Below, one piece after another: positions 1 through 10,048 of a stretch of 64,000 nucleotides of DNA; position 1 is the first letter of the stretch; the number at the start of each line of letters is the position of its first letter. The DNA comes from Deltaproteobacteria bacterium. Its GTDB lineage: Bacteria; SAR324; NAC60-12. Where the stretch lies: the NCBI GenBank assembly GCA_038150265.1, contig JAYOTF010000005.1:1-64000 (forward strand). Reading direction: 5' to 3'. The position numbers and the translations under genes are program-made. The notes under the pieces were generated by a model. It saw only the letters and a program-made list of their open reading frames with translations, did no database searches and was not told the DNA's origin.

Positions 1-257
1 TCAAGGGCGTGACCGCGTCCGGAATCGTCAAAAAGGGGCTTCCCTTCCTCTCCCGTACCGTCCGACCAAAACCGAGCGCTGAGGCCAGCAGCAAGCTCTG
101 CCACCCATTTGTTTCAGGCGATGGCCCTGGGGTTTCAACTTCCCCCTGCGGCAGAAAGGCGTATCCTGAAAGACGTGGTGTTTCCCGCTGCCACCACATG
201 GCTTGGGCACGTGGTGCCTGGACTGAGCCATGCCGGACCCTTCAACCAGAGAAGACC

Positions 258-644
258 ATGGAATACAGCTTCAATAAAATTGTGGAGATGTCCTTTGAGG
301 AGGCGATTGCACGGACCACCGAATCGCTTCAGGAGCAGGGCTTTGGGGTCCTGACGGATATTGATGTGCAGGCCACCCTGAAAAAGAAGATCAATGTGGA
401 GTTCCGCAACTACCGGATCCTCGGGGCGTGTAGTCCCACTCATGCCTACCAGGCGCTGCAGGCAGAGAGCCGAATTGGCACCATGCTGCCGTGCAACGTC
501 ATCGTCCAGGAAACAGAAGCCGGTCAGGTGGAGGTCTCAGCGATTGACCCGGTGGTTTCCATGCAGGCTGTCGGAAACGCGAGCCTGGGGGAAGTCGCGG
601 CTGAGGTGCAGCACCGCTTGAAGCAGGCGGTCGAGAACCTCTGA
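258..644 (+). CDS. DUF302 family protein
   Basis: MEYSFNKIVEMSFEEAIARTTESLQEQGFGVLTDIDVQATLKKK...YRILGAC...GTMLPCNVIV is the typical DUF302 pattern; ATG at 258 chosen over the upstream in-frame start. Confidence 0.9.
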   Translation: MEYSFNKIVEMSFEEAIARTTESLQEQGFGVLTDIDVQATLKKKINVEFRNYRILGACSPTHAYQALQAESRIGTMLPCNVIVQETEAGQVEVSAIDPVVSMQAVGNASLGEVAAEVQHRLKQAVENL

Positions 645-705
645 CGGCCTGCTTGTGGGGGGAGGCTCCGGTTTCAGGAGCCCGCGAGGCGTTCCGGAAG
701 GGACG

Positions 706-930
706 CTACAGCCAGCGGATCACGCCAATGATTCCGGCGGTGGCATAGAAAAACTGCAGGAGGAGGATGCCGTAGTGTCGGCAGAGGTACGCCCAGACGC
801 CAATGGCGAGGGCGGAAATGAACAGCAGGGTGAAGCCGAGGACTTCATTTCCCGTGTTGGAGGCCACGAGCATGGAGTAGGCGATGGCGGTCAGAACACC
901 AAACCATTCCAGGGACTTGTGAAGATTCAT
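706..930 (-). CDS. Small 3-TM membrane protein, SemiPnu/PnuC half-like (74 aa)
   Basis: C-terminal part of ORF 706..1860 from ATG 930: MNLHKSLEWFGVLTAIAYSMLV...LLLQFFYATAGIIGVIRWL, three hydrophobic segments; follows the TRAP permease in the same direction. Confidence 0.7.
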   Translation of the reverse strand: MNLHKSLEWFGVLTAIAYSMLVASNTGNEVLGFTLLFISALAIGVWAYLCRHYGILLLQFFYATAGIIGVIRWL

Positions 931-971
931 GAGTCGCGCCAAGCGTTTCCGAAGTGTAGGGCAAACCGTGA

Positions 972-2909
972 CTACTGGGCCGCGCGGCGGTTGAGGAAGA
1001 AGACCAGGGCGATGGCTGCCACCCCTGCTGCTTCTACCGGAATCTGGGGCCAGAAGATGGCGACAATGCCGGGCATCAGCAGCACACGCTGCCAGTGGGC
1101 AAGCGGAGCCCAGAGGAACCCCTCCAGCACCGCGGCAAAGGCAACCAGTGCCACAATGACAATGAAACCGTTCCACAGCACCAGCGGCAACGGACCACCC
1201 AGGATGATGGATTCGTTGTAGACCATGAAGAGCGGAATCAGGTAAAGCCCCTTGGCAAACTTCCAGGCCTGTACGCTGGTTTCCATGGGACTTGACCCGG
1301 CAATGGCGGCTCCGGCAAAGCCCGCCAGAGCAACAGGAGGCGTCACGTTGGAATCCTGGGAGTACCAGAAGACCACGAGGTGAGCAACGAGGAGCGGGAC
1401 CCCAAACTCGCTGGTCAGGGCAGGTCCCACCAGGATGATCAAGACGATGTACGCCGCAGTCACGGGCAACCCCATCCCGAGGATCAGGCTCGCCAGGATC
1501 ACCAGGAAGAGGGCCACAAAGAGATTGCCTCCGGAGAAGGCCATCATCATGGCTGAAAACTTCAGCCCGAGCCCCGTCAATCCCACCACGCCGACAATGA
1601 CCCCTGCCACCGCACAGGCGATGGAGACCGCGATGGCGTTCCGCGCTCCGAGTTCCAGAGCCTGACCCGTCAGCTCCAGCCCCCGCCTCAGCAGCTTCCA
1701 GAAGTTCGGCAGGGTCGGATTTTCTGAGAAAAAGTGCCAAAGCGCCCGCCCTGCGGCTGCCAGCATGACCGAGAGGATCGTGTAAAAGCCCACCCGCATC
1801 GGCGAGTACCCGCCCACCAGCAGCCAGGTGAGGAGCCCCAGCGGAATGAGGAAGTGCCACCCTTCGAGCATCACCGTCCGGAGCCGGGGCAGCTCTTCTT
1901 CCGTGAGGCCTTCCATGCCCTGCTTGACTGCAGCAATGTGCACCAGCAGGTACACGGCCCCGAAGTAGAGAAACGCGGGAAAGATGGAGACCAGGACGAT
2001 GTGGATGTAGGGCGTCTGGGTAAACTCACTCATCAGAAAGGCACCCGCCCCCATCAGCGGAGGCATGATCTGCCCTCCGGTAGAAGCCGCTGCCTCAATT
2101 CCTCCTGCTTGAGCAGGACGGTAGCCCAGGCGCTTCATCAGGGGGATGGTAAAGGCGCCGGTTGTGACCACGTTCGCAATGGCAGATCCGGAGATGGACC
2201 CCATGCCGGCTGAGGCGATGATGGCGGCCTTGGCGGGTCCGCCCCGCTGGCGTCCGGTGGTGGCATAGGCCAGGTCAATGAAGAACTTCCCGGCGCCCGT
2301 GACTTCCAGGAAGGCCCCGAAGAGGACAAAGACAAAGATGAAGGTGGAGGCCACCCCGAGCGGAATGCCGAAGATGCCCTCGGCGCCCAGGGTGAGCTGG
2401 TTGGCCAGACGATCCAGGGAGTACCCACGGTGATTGAGGATGCCGGGAAGCCAGTCTGCCAGCCACGGCAACTCCCCCTTGCGCCCTGCAAATCCGTAGG
2501 CAATGAAGGTGGCAGCGATCAGCGTCATGCTGAACCCAACGGCGCGTCGGGCGGCTTCCAGCACAAGGAGTGTGGTCAGCACCCCAACCGTGACATCAAT
2601 CTGCCGGGGGAAGATGGCGTTGGCAATCGTGTCAATGTTCAGCGGAACCCACACCCCAACCAGCCCCCCTCCGGCGACCAGGATGCCATCGAGCACCCAC
2701 TCGCCCCTCCGGCGAGGCCGAGACCCCGAAACCGGGTAGACCAGAAAGCAGAGGACCAGGATGAAGCCCAGGTGAATGGGGCGCTGAAAGAAGAGGCCCA
2801 GGGGCTGAATGCCGGCGGCGTAGAGCTGAAACAGCGAGAGGGCAATGCCGACGGAGGCCGTGAGTCGGGCGACGAACAGGGGGGTGGCGCGTTCGCTGGG
2901 GTCTGACAT
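972..2909 (-). CDS. TRAP transporter 4TM/12TM fused permease (TAXI type)
   Basis: GGPAKAAIIASAGMGSISGSAIANVVTTG, EAAASTGGQIMPPLMGAGAF, GMGLPVTAAY, TPPVALA motifs. Confidence 0.95.
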   Translation of the reverse strand: MSDPSERATPLFVARLTASVGIALSLFQLYAAGIQPLGLFFQRPIHLGFILVLCFLVYPVSGSRPRRRGEWVLDGILVAGGGLVGVWVPLNIDTIANAIFPRQIDVTVGVLTTLLVLEAARRAVGFSMTLIAATFIAYGFAGRKGELPWLADWLPGILNHRGYSLDRLANQLTLGAEGIFGIPLGVASTFIFVFVLFGAFLEVTGAGKFFIDLAYATTGRQRGGPAKAAIIASAGMGSISGSAIANVVTTGAFTIPLMKRLGYRPAQAGGIEAAASTGGQIMPPLMGAGAFLMSEFTQTPYIHIVLVSIFPAFLYFGAVYLLVHIAAVKQGMEGLTEEELPRLRTVMLEGWHFLIPLGLLTWLLVGGYSPMRVGFYTILSVMLAAAGRALWHFFSENPTLPNFWKLLRRGLELTGQALELGARNAIAVSIACAVAGVIVGVVGLTGLGLKFSAMMMAFSGGNLFVALFLVILASLILGMGLPVTAAYIVLIILVGPALTSEFGVPLLVAHLVVFWYSQDSNVTPPVALAGFAGAAIAGSSPMETSVQAWKFAKGLYLIPLFMVYNESIILGGPLPLVLWNGFIVIVALVAFAAVLEGFLWAPLAHWQRVLLMPGIVAIFWPQIPVEAAGVAAIALVFFLNRRAAQ

Positions 2910-2910
2910 G

Positions 2911-3384
2911 TCAGTCCTCTTCTGGCTCAAGGGAAATCCGGACTCGGGCACGTTCTGCCAAGGCGGTCAAGGACACCTCGCTGGTGGCGGTCCGGAGGCG
3001 ATGATTGACCCGTGGCCCGCCCGGACGCAGGATGTAGGCATTTCCGGGCACCGGCTCGTTGATGGCTTCAATCCAGTACCCTCCCTGGCCGTCGGAGACC
3101 TGCCGTCCCCGCCCCGGGATGTGGTCGAGGCCAGCAGCAAAGTCAGGCAGGTGGGAGCGGACCAGCACCAGGGCGCCGTCCTGATTTTCGTAACAGTCTT
3201 CCACCTCAAACCCCTGGACCGAGTGGTTCCAGAGGATGGACCAGCCCTCGCCATCAGCAACAGAAAACTGGGCCAGCAGCTGGTCCGACTCGGCAAGGCG
3301 GACCTGCAGGAGGGCCGCCTGAGTGACTGCAGTGGAGGTCAGAAAGAGGAGCGCCAGCAGCCCTCCTCGCTTCCACGTCTTCAA
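2911..3384 (-). CDS. DUF1850 family protein (TAXI-associated)
   Basis: WNHSVQGFEVEDCY and PDFAAGL motifs; sits between TAXI receptor and permease; TTG start overlaps the upstream TGA. Confidence 0.85.
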   Translation of the reverse strand: MKTWKRGGLLALLFLTSTAVTQAALLQVRLAESDQLLAQFSVADGEGWSILWNHSVQGFEVEDCYENQDGALVLVRSHLPDFAAGLDHIPGRGRQVSDGQGGYWIEAINEPVPGNAYILRPGGPRVNHRLRTATSEVSLTALAERARVRISLEPEED

Positions 3385-4352
3385 GGACGCAGCCGATCCG
3401 GAACCGAGGCTCCGACTTCTTCATAGTAGCGAATTGCTCCCGGATGCAGCGGGACCGGAGTGGCATCGAGGGTGAACTCGATGGTGGTCTGGTTGGCCGC
3501 CGGGTGAACCGCTTGCAGCTCGGCGATGTTCTCAAACATGGCCTTGGTGATGGCGTAGGCCAGGTCATCGGACATCTCCGAAGAGACCGCGAGGACGTTG
3601 GGCACACCCAGCACGGGGACGCCTTGATCCACTCCTTCGTAAATTCCACCTGCCAGCGTGGTCCGGGCGAAGATCGGGTTGGCTTGGCGTGCGGCCTGGA
3701 TTTCTGCGGCGCTGAGCGGGATCATCCGGATCGACTTGTTGGTGGCGAGGTTCATGATGGAGGACGTCGGGGCTCCCACGCTCCAGAAGCCGGCATCGAT
3801 GTCACCGTTGGCCAGGGCATCTGCGGTCTCATTGAAGTTCAAGCGCTGCACGGTGAAGTCGTCATACGAGAGACCGTTTGCCTCGAGGATGGTGTTGGCG
3901 TTGACTTCGGTCCCGGAGCCTGGAGCGCCCACGGAAACCCGCTTGCCCTTGAGGTCCGAGAGGCTGGTGACGCCGCTGTCAGCAAGGGTGACGATCTGGA
4001 CCATGTTGGCATACATCGAGGCGAGCCCGCGAATCATCGGCAGCTGCTTTCCGTCAAAGCGTCCGGTGCCCGTCTGAGCCTGCTGAACGGTGTCGGCCAG
4101 GCCCAGCGCCAGGTCGGCATCGCCGGTGGCAATGAGTCCCATGTTCGCCACGGAGGCTCCGGTGACTTCGGCCGTCGCCTGATAGCCGTCGACGTGTCGG
4201 TTGATGACCTCAGCGAGGCCTCCCCCCATCGGGTAGTAGACGCCTCCGGTTCCGCCGGTGGCAATGGAAAGCTGCACTTGCGCCATGAGGGAGCCTGCCG
4301 AAAGCACGGTAGCTGCCGCAACGGCGAGGGAGCGTAGGGTGAATTTTCTCAT
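3381..4352 (-). CDS. TAXI family TRAP solute-binding protein
   Basis: Signal peptide; IATGGTGGVYYPMG, TGASVAN, GAPGSGT, PLHPGAIRYY. Confidence 0.95.
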   Translation of the reverse strand: MRKFTLRSLAVAAATVLSAGSLMAQVQLSIATGGTGGVYYPMGGGLAEVINRHVDGYQATAEVTGASVANMGLIATGDADLALGLADTVQQAQTGTGRFDGKQLPMIRGLASMYANMVQIVTLADSGVTSLSDLKGKRVSVGAPGSGTEVNANTILEANGLSYDDFTVQRLNFNETADALANGDIDAGFWSVGAPTSSIMNLATNKSIRMIPLSAAEIQAARQANPIFARTTLAGGIYEGVDQGVPVLGVPNVLAVSSEMSDDLAYAITKAMFENIAELQAVHPAANQTTIEFTLDATPVPLHPGAIRYYEEVGASVPDRLRP

Positions 4353-4914
4353 CTCGTTCCTCTCTTTCAGGTTGGGGACGGGCCCATGGTTCCCCTCATG
4401 CGAGACGCTGACGGGAGCTGGAACACCTCCAACTTCTGAGTCCGCTGTCGCTGATTTTGAGGGATGGGTCAGGGGGAATGTAAAACATCCACTCTTAAAG
4501 TCTCGCCCAGGACTGTACGCTTTGGCAACCAAAAATTGCCCCCTTCTTCGGGTTCCTCAAGCGAGCCCGAGGGAAGCAGACGCTGCCGAACCGCTGAACC
4601 GCAGCCCTGCCTCCGGTGGGCGCAGAGGCTGGGATCCGGAGGCTTCCAGGACCAGAGAGGCCGCGCCAGCAGCTCCCTCAGGGCCCGGAGCGGACGTCAG
4701 GAATGAGGCCTCCCAACGAGGTGAGGGCCCTTGTTTTTCACAGGCGAGATGACTTTTCACTTGACGAACACCAATGGGTTGGGGCAAGCTCGCCGCGTTT
4801 TGTTCAGAAAAGAGCAGTGCTGACTTGAGGGGGAGTTCCGCTCCTCCATTCAGAAACCACTCAGTTGTTTTCAAGCAGACCTGCTCACCCAATGATTCAC
4901 GACAGAGGAAAGCC

Positions 4915-5901
4915 ATGAAACAGTCCAGCACCTGGAGTAAGTTCGCGATCGCGCTGGTCGCCACCGTCTCAGCCGCCACCGTTGCGCTGGCCAAACCCAG
5001 CAACACAGAGTGCATTGCCCCGGCGGGCGCCGGAGGTGGATGGGACTTCACCTGCCGCGTCCCGGCAGCCAAGGTCATGGGAGACCTGGGGCTCATTGAT
5101 GGCTCAATGACCGTGACCAACATGTCGGGAGCGGGAGGCGGCAAGGCTTACGCCCACGTGGTCACCAAGCGAGGGGACGACGAAAATCTCATTGTGGCGG
5201 CCAGCATGGCAACCGCGGCCCGCCTTGGCCAAAACGTCTATGCCGGCTTCAAGGCCGATGACGTCCGTTGGGTGGGGGCCTTGGGGGCGGATTATGGCGC
5301 CATTGTTGTCAAGGCCGACTCGCAGTTCAAAACCATTGGCGACCTCGTGGAGGCGATGCGGAGCAACCCACGGCGGACGGCCATTGTGGGAGGAAGTGCG
5401 GCTGGCGGATGGGATCACCTGAAGGTGCTGATTCTGGCCGATGCGGCTGGGGTGAAGGACCTCAAGGCGATCAACTACATCTCCTTTGACAACGGGGGAA
5501 CGGCCATGCTGGAGGTCATCAGCGGCCGTGCTGACGCCTTCACGGGTGACATCTCGGAGGTGATTGAGTACCAAAAGCAGGGCAATGTGCGGGTGCTGGC
5601 CATCCTCTCTCCAGAGCGCATTCCGGCGGTCCCGGACGTCCAGACGGCTCGTGAGCAGGGCTACGACGTCATTGGCGCCAACTGGCGGGGCTTTTACGTG
5701 CCGAAGAACATCTCCTCTGCACGCTACAACGAGTGGGTCGACATCGTCCGGAACGTGTCCAACTCGTCTCAGTGGGAAGAGCTGGCCGCCAAGAATGGAC
5801 TGGCTCCCTTTGCCTCATTCGGCAGTGACTTTGAAAACTTCGTGGGCTCCCAGATCGGCAAGGTCGCCCAAATCTCCAAAGACCTCGGCTTCATCCAATG
5901 A
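4915..5901 (+). CDS. tctC: Tripartite tricarboxylate transporter substrate-binding protein
   Basis: ECIAPAGAGGGWDFTCR, NMSGAGG, WRGFYVP; signal peptide; GAGGA upstream of ATG. Confidence 0.93.
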   Translation: MKQSSTWSKFAIALVATVSAATVALAKPSNTECIAPAGAGGGWDFTCRVPAAKVMGDLGLIDGSMTVTNMSGAGGGKAYAHVVTKRGDDENLIVAASMATAARLGQNVYAGFKADDVRWVGALGADYGAIVVKADSQFKTIGDLVEAMRSNPRRTAIVGGSAAGGWDHLKVLILADAAGVKDLKAINYISFDNGGTAMLEVISGRADAFTGDISEVIEYQKQGNVRVLAILSPERIPAVPDVQTAREQGYDVIGANWRGFYVPKNISSARYNEWVDIVRNVSNSSQWEELAAKNGLAPFASFGSDFENFVGSQIGKVAQISKDLGFIQ

Positions 5902-6353
5902 AGCTGCAGGGCGTTGGCGCCCATGACCGGCTGTATGCGCTCATCCTCCTCGTCTTCTCAGGACTTTATGGACTGGGAGGACTGGAGATCCAGGTGGGGT
6001 TCTACAATGGTGTGATTGGTCCTCAACACTGGATCTACGGGATTGCCGGAGTCCTGGGGGTGCTGAGCCTCTGGCTTCTGCTGCAGCCAACGCCGTTTGT
6101 TCCAGAGCCCGAGTCGTGGGTGGCGTGGCGCAAGCGCTTGCCGCTGTGCCTGGCCATCCTGATTTATGCCGAGGGGCTTCCGTACTTCGGGTTCCTGATC
6201 ATGATGATCAGCCTGATGATCCTCGTCTCTCGGCTCTTTGGTGCCACCTGGAAGCAAGCGGTCATGTGTGCGGTGACGCTGTCCGGACTCTGCCTCCTCC
6301 TCTTTGAGGTCCTGTTGGGGATCTCACTGGGGCGAGGCCTACTGCTCATCTGA
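5898..6353 (+). CDS. tctB: Tripartite tricarboxylate transporter small membrane subunit
   Basis: Hydrophobic 151 aa protein between tctC and tctA, ATGA overlap, C-terminal LFEVLLGISL. Confidence 0.85.
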   Translation: MKLQGVGAHDRLYALILLVFSGLYGLGGLEIQVGFYNGVIGPQHWIYGIAGVLGVLSLWLLLQPTPFVPEPESWVAWRKRLPLCLAILIYAEGLPYFGFLIMMISLMILVSRLFGATWKQAVMCAVTLSGLCLLLFEVLLGISLGRGLLLI

Positions 6354-6363
6354 AGGAGGCCCC

Positions 6364-7854
6364 ATCGAATCCTTCTCTCTCCTGCTGGATGGTTTTGTGG
6401 TGGCGCTCACCCTGCAAAACATCCTCTTTGTGCTGCTCGGGGCATTTCTGGGAACCACCATTGGGATGCTTCCGGGAATTGGCCCCGTGAACGCCATTGC
6501 GGTTCTCTTCCCCATTGTCTACACCCTGGAGGTTCCGCCGGCAACCGTCCTGATCCTCTTTGCCGGCATCTACTACGGCTCCCAGTACGGCAACTCCATC
6601 TCCAGCATCCTCCTCAATGTGCCCGGAACCTCGGCGGCAGCGGTCACGACCATTGACGGCTACGCCATGGCGAAGCAGGGGCTGGGAGGAAAGGCGCTGG
6701 CGATGTCGGCCATTGCTTCGTTTGGAGGAGGCACCCTTTCCATCTTCTTCCTCGCGCTCTTTGCCCCCATCCTGGCCAATCTGGCCATCAGCTTTGGTCC
6801 AGCAGAGTACACGGTGCTGATGGTGTTTGCCTTTGTGGCGCTCTCGAGCTTCAGCCAGGGGAGCATGCTCAAGGCGATCCTCTCCGCCTTCCTCGGCCTC
6901 AGCATTGCGACCATCGGCATTGACTCCACCACGGGAGTGAGCCGCCTCAGCTTCGGGCTGATGGAGCTTTACGACGGCGTGGACTTCATCGTCGTGGTCA
7001 TCGGCTTCTTTGCCGTCAGTGAGCTGTTCTTCCTGCTGGGAGAGTCCGAGGAACACAAGGCGCCGATGCAGCCACTGACGAGCCTGCTGATCTCGTTCAA
7101 GGAGATCAGTGGCTCGCTGGCGACCATCCTGCGCAGCTGCGTCACCGGGTTTTTGGTGGGGCTGCTTCCGGGAGCCGGTGGAACGATTGCCAGCTTCATC
7201 GGCTACGCCACGGAGAAGAAGATCCTCCAGCCCAACCGGTTTGGGCAAGGAGACATCCGCGGAGTCGCGGCTCCGGAATCGGCCAACAACTCGGCCTCGG
7301 TGGGCTCCTTCATTCCCCTGCTGATCCTTGGTGTTCCGGGAAGCGAGACCACGGCCGTCATGCTCGGAGGCCTGATCAGCTTTGGCGTGAAGCCGGGTCC
7401 GCTGCTGCTGGAAAACAGCCCGGAAATCTTTTGGGGGCTCACGGCCTCCATGTTTGTGGGGAACCTCTTCCTGATTTTCCTCAACCTCCCGCTGGTGGGC
7501 CTCTTTGCCCGCATCCTTCAGACGCCACGCTGGGTGCTGATGCCGCTCATTGCGATGCTCTGCATCGTCGGCGCCTACACCATCAATGGAAGCGAGTTTG
7601 ATGTGCTGCTGGTGCTGATCTTTGGCCTGATTGGCTACCTGATGCGCCGGGCGGATTTTCCGCTGGCCCCCCTCATTTTGGGAGTGGTGCTGGGCGATCT
7701 GATTGAGACGAACTTCCGCCGCGCCATGATCTACAGCGACGGCAGCCTCTCGATTTTCTTTGAGTCTTCCATTAGCCTCCTGCTCTGGCTCCTGGCCCTC
7801 CTCAGCCTGCTGGCGCCGCTGATCCTCAAGCGCTTCCGCTCCAAAAAACCCTGA
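6364..7854 (+). CDS. tctA: Tripartite tricarboxylate transporter large membrane subunit
   Basis: GMLPGIGP, YYGSQYG, NVPG, APESANN, LGVPGS motifs; the likely start is ATC 6364 after AAGGAGG (see findings). Confidence 0.93.
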   Translation: MESFSLLLDGFVVALTLQNILFVLLGAFLGTTIGMLPGIGPVNAIAVLFPIVYTLEVPPATVLILFAGIYYGSQYGNSISSILLNVPGTSAAAVTTIDGYAMAKQGLGGKALAMSAIASFGGGTLSIFFLALFAPILANLAISFGPAEYTVLMVFAFVALSSFSQGSMLKAILSAFLGLSIATIGIDSTTGVSRLSFGLMELYDGVDFIVVVIGFFAVSELFFLLGESEEHKAPMQPLTSLLISFKEISGSLATILRSCVTGFLVGLLPGAGGTIASFIGYATEKKILQPNRFGQGDIRGVAAPESANNSASVGSFIPLLILGVPGSETTAVMLGGLISFGVKPGPLLLENSPEIFWGLTASMFVGNLFLIFLNLPLVGLFARILQTPRWVLMPLIAMLCIVGAYTINGSEFDVLLVLIFGLIGYLMRRADFPLAPLILGVVLGDLIETNFRRAMIYSDGSLSIFFESSISLLLWLLALLSLLAPLILKRFRSKKP

Positions 7855-8043
7855 CCTCCACGGGGACGGTTCCACGTCCCCGGTCCCCACGCTCCCAGTC
7901 CCCATCAGCCCACCTCCGGTGCTCAAGCTACTTGACCCGGTCCCTGTGCTTCCCTTAAGCTTGATGAGCCCTTTCTGAAGAACGCTTGCCCGCTTTTGGT
8001 CTTCACCGAGGCCCCTGGTTCCCGGCGCTGCTCGGAACCGTTG

Positions 8044-8077
8044 ATGCTGTTTTGCATTTATTTATTCCAAACTGCAT
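8044..8077. promoter_or_regulatory. Pair of putative activator binding sites (ATGCA-N4-TGCAT-like), probable autoregulation
   Basis: ATGCTGTTTTGCAT 8044-8057 and ATTCCAAACTGCAT 8064-8077 resemble the palindrome at 9822-9835. Confidence 0.5.
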
Positions 8078-8088
8078 AAACCTCGCTC

Positions 8089-9816
8089 ATGCCCCCCTCC
8101 TCCCTTGCTCCCATGCAGGCCCTGGCAGATGCCACTGCCCGAATTCTCCTGGTGGTGGATGCTCAGGGGACGCTGATTCTGCTCAGTGAGCGGGCTTCCG
8201 ACCAGCTGAGCCTGGAACTGGGGCGCTCCCTTGATGTTCAACTTCCGGGCTTTTCGCAGCAGGTCCGGACGGTGCTCTCCGGGCGCTCTCGCCGCTGCGA
8301 GGTTCCGGTTCAGGTGAACGGGCGAGAGTACCTGGCCGGGGTGAATCCGCTGTACGAGCAAAACGAAATCCGGGGCGCCGTGTGCGTTTTGGTCGATGGC
8401 TCTCAGCTGGACACCATGACCCGGCAACTGCCTTCGGTTCAGGCGCTCTCCCGCGAGCTGGATACCATCATCGACTCTTCCTCAGACGGTCTGTTTGTCT
8501 GTGATGCGCAAGCCAACGTGATCCGCATGAATCCGGCGTCTGAAGCCATTCACCACGTCGTTGCGGCAGACATCATCGGACGCAACATGCGCGAGCTGGT
8601 GGAAGAGGGCTTCATTGACCGCTCAGCCGCACTGGAAGCCTCTCAGACGCTCCAGACCGTGAGCCTGCTTCAGGACAAGCGTGGCCAGAAGCTGATCTCC
8701 ATTGCGACCCCGGTCTTTGATGATCAGGGCGCGCTGATCCGGGTGGTCGTCAGTGAGCGGGACATTGCGGCAATTGACCGCCTGCAACGTGAACTGGAAG
8801 AGCAGCAGGCGATTGGCGACCACCTCCGGGACCAGATGCTGGCGATGCAGCAGGTGCAGCTGGACCGTCATCAGATTGTGGCCCGGAGCCCCAGCATGAT
8901 CCGGATTTTCGAGCAGGCGGTCAAAGTGGCGCGAGCCGAGTCTTCGGTGCTGATTCTGGGAGAATCCGGAGTGGGGAAGGGGCTGGTGGTGGACTGGATC
9001 CACCAGAATTCCCGGCGTTCGGCACACCCCCTGATCAAGATCAACTGTGGCGCCATCCCAGAGTCATTGATTGAGGCCGAGCTGTTTGGCTACGTGAAGG
9101 GCGCCTTCACGGGAGCGCAATCCGGAGGCAAGCCCGGGCACCTGGAGATGGCCGACGGCGGGACGCTGTTTCTGGATGAGGTCGCCGAGCTGCCGCTGGC
9201 TTCGCAGGTGAAGCTCCTCCGGTTTCTCGAAGATGGCAACCTCACTCGGCTGGGAGAGACGCGGAGCCGCGCCCTGAGCGTCCGGATTCTGGCTGCGACG
9301 CATCAGGACATGGAGCAGATGGTCGCAGAGGGACGCTTCCGGCTGGACCTGTACTACCGCCTGAACGTGATCCCGCTGCACGTTCCTGCGCTGCGGGAAC
9401 GTCCGGACTGCATTGTCCCGCTGATCCAGCACTACATGGAACAGTTCGGGGCAAAGGCGGGGACGGCTCGGCGCCTGACCCGCAAGGCGCTGGAGGCTCT
9501 GACCGCTTACCCGTACCCCGGGAACGTCCGGGAGCTGATGAACATCTGCGAGCGCTTGGTGGTGATGGCGGATACGGAAGTGATTGATGTTCCAGACCTG
9601 CCTCCTGCGGTTCGAGCGGGGGGCGCCCGTCAGGGGCTGGATCTGCACGACCTGCCTCCGGATTTGCCGCTGCAGGAGGTCTTGAACCACGTGGAGCGGG
9701 CCCTGCTGCTTCAGGCTCAGACTCGTTGCGCCAACCAAGTGGAGATGGCCCGCCTCCTGGGGATCAATCAATCCACCGTCGCACGGAAGCTCCGCAAGCA
9801 TGGGCTGTCCGGATGA
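8089..9816 (+). CDS. PAS-domain sigma54-dependent transcriptional activator (RocR/PrdR-like)
   Basis: PAS region, Walker A GESGVGKG, EAELFGYVKGAFTGA, FLDEV, FRLDLYYRLNV, YPGNVREL, C-terminal HTH. Confidence 0.95.
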   Translation: MPPSSLAPMQALADATARILLVVDAQGTLILLSERASDQLSLELGRSLDVQLPGFSQQVRTVLSGRSRRCEVPVQVNGREYLAGVNPLYEQNEIRGAVCVLVDGSQLDTMTRQLPSVQALSRELDTIIDSSSDGLFVCDAQANVIRMNPASEAIHHVVAADIIGRNMRELVEEGFIDRSAALEASQTLQTVSLLQDKRGQKLISIATPVFDDQGALIRVVVSERDIAAIDRLQRELEEQQAIGDHLRDQMLAMQQVQLDRHQIVARSPSMIRIFEQAVKVARAESSVLILGESGVGKGLVVDWIHQNSRRSAHPLIKINCGAIPESLIEAELFGYVKGAFTGAQSGGKPGHLEMADGGTLFLDEVAELPLASQVKLLRFLEDGNLTRLGETRSRALSVRILAATHQDMEQMVAEGRFRLDLYYRLNVIPLHVPALRERPDCIVPLIQHYMEQFGAKAGTARRLTRKALEALTAYPYPGNVRELMNICERLVVMADTEVIDVPDLPPAVRAGGARQGLDLHDLPPDLPLQEVLNHVERALLLQAQTRCANQVEMARLLGINQSTVARKLRKHGLSG

Positions 9817-9821
9817 ACCTC

Positions 9822-9835
9822 ATGCAGTCTTGCAT
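9822..9835. promoter_or_regulatory. Putative upstream activator sequence
   Basis: Palindrome ATGCA-GTCT-TGCAT about 160 bp upstream of the -24/-12 promoter, followed by an AT-rich spacer. Confidence 0.6.
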
Positions 9836-9990
9836 AAAATCGAGGGGTTCAAGCGTGCATTCAGTGAAGAATTATGGAGATATTAACGGTTTATTAAAAT
9901 TTAAATAAAATCCATAAAATTTTGTAATTTTTGATGAAAAACTATTTTTTATGATCATAAATATTGATTTGGGAGGAAATAGGTTTCTCT

Positions 9991-10007
9991 CTGGTCACGT
10001 CCTTGCT
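9991..10007 (+). promoter_or_regulatory. sigma54 (-24/-12) promoter of pruA
   Basis: CTGGTCACGTCCTTGCT: GG 9993-9994, N10, GC 10005-10006 with TTGCT. Confidence 0.8.
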
Positions 10008-10048
10008 GAAGGGGAGTGACGCCTAATCAACCTGTAGAGAGGAGCCTG

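Noticed and set aside
931..1860. N-terminal ~310 aa of ORF 706..1860
   Set aside because: Alternative frame of the TRAP permease; only the last 74 aa look real
6346..7926. 526-aa minus-strand ORF (likewise 12907-14346, 19057-20949, 27378-28616, 40698-42293, 44701-46095)
   Set aside because: Antisense shadows of well-supported genes
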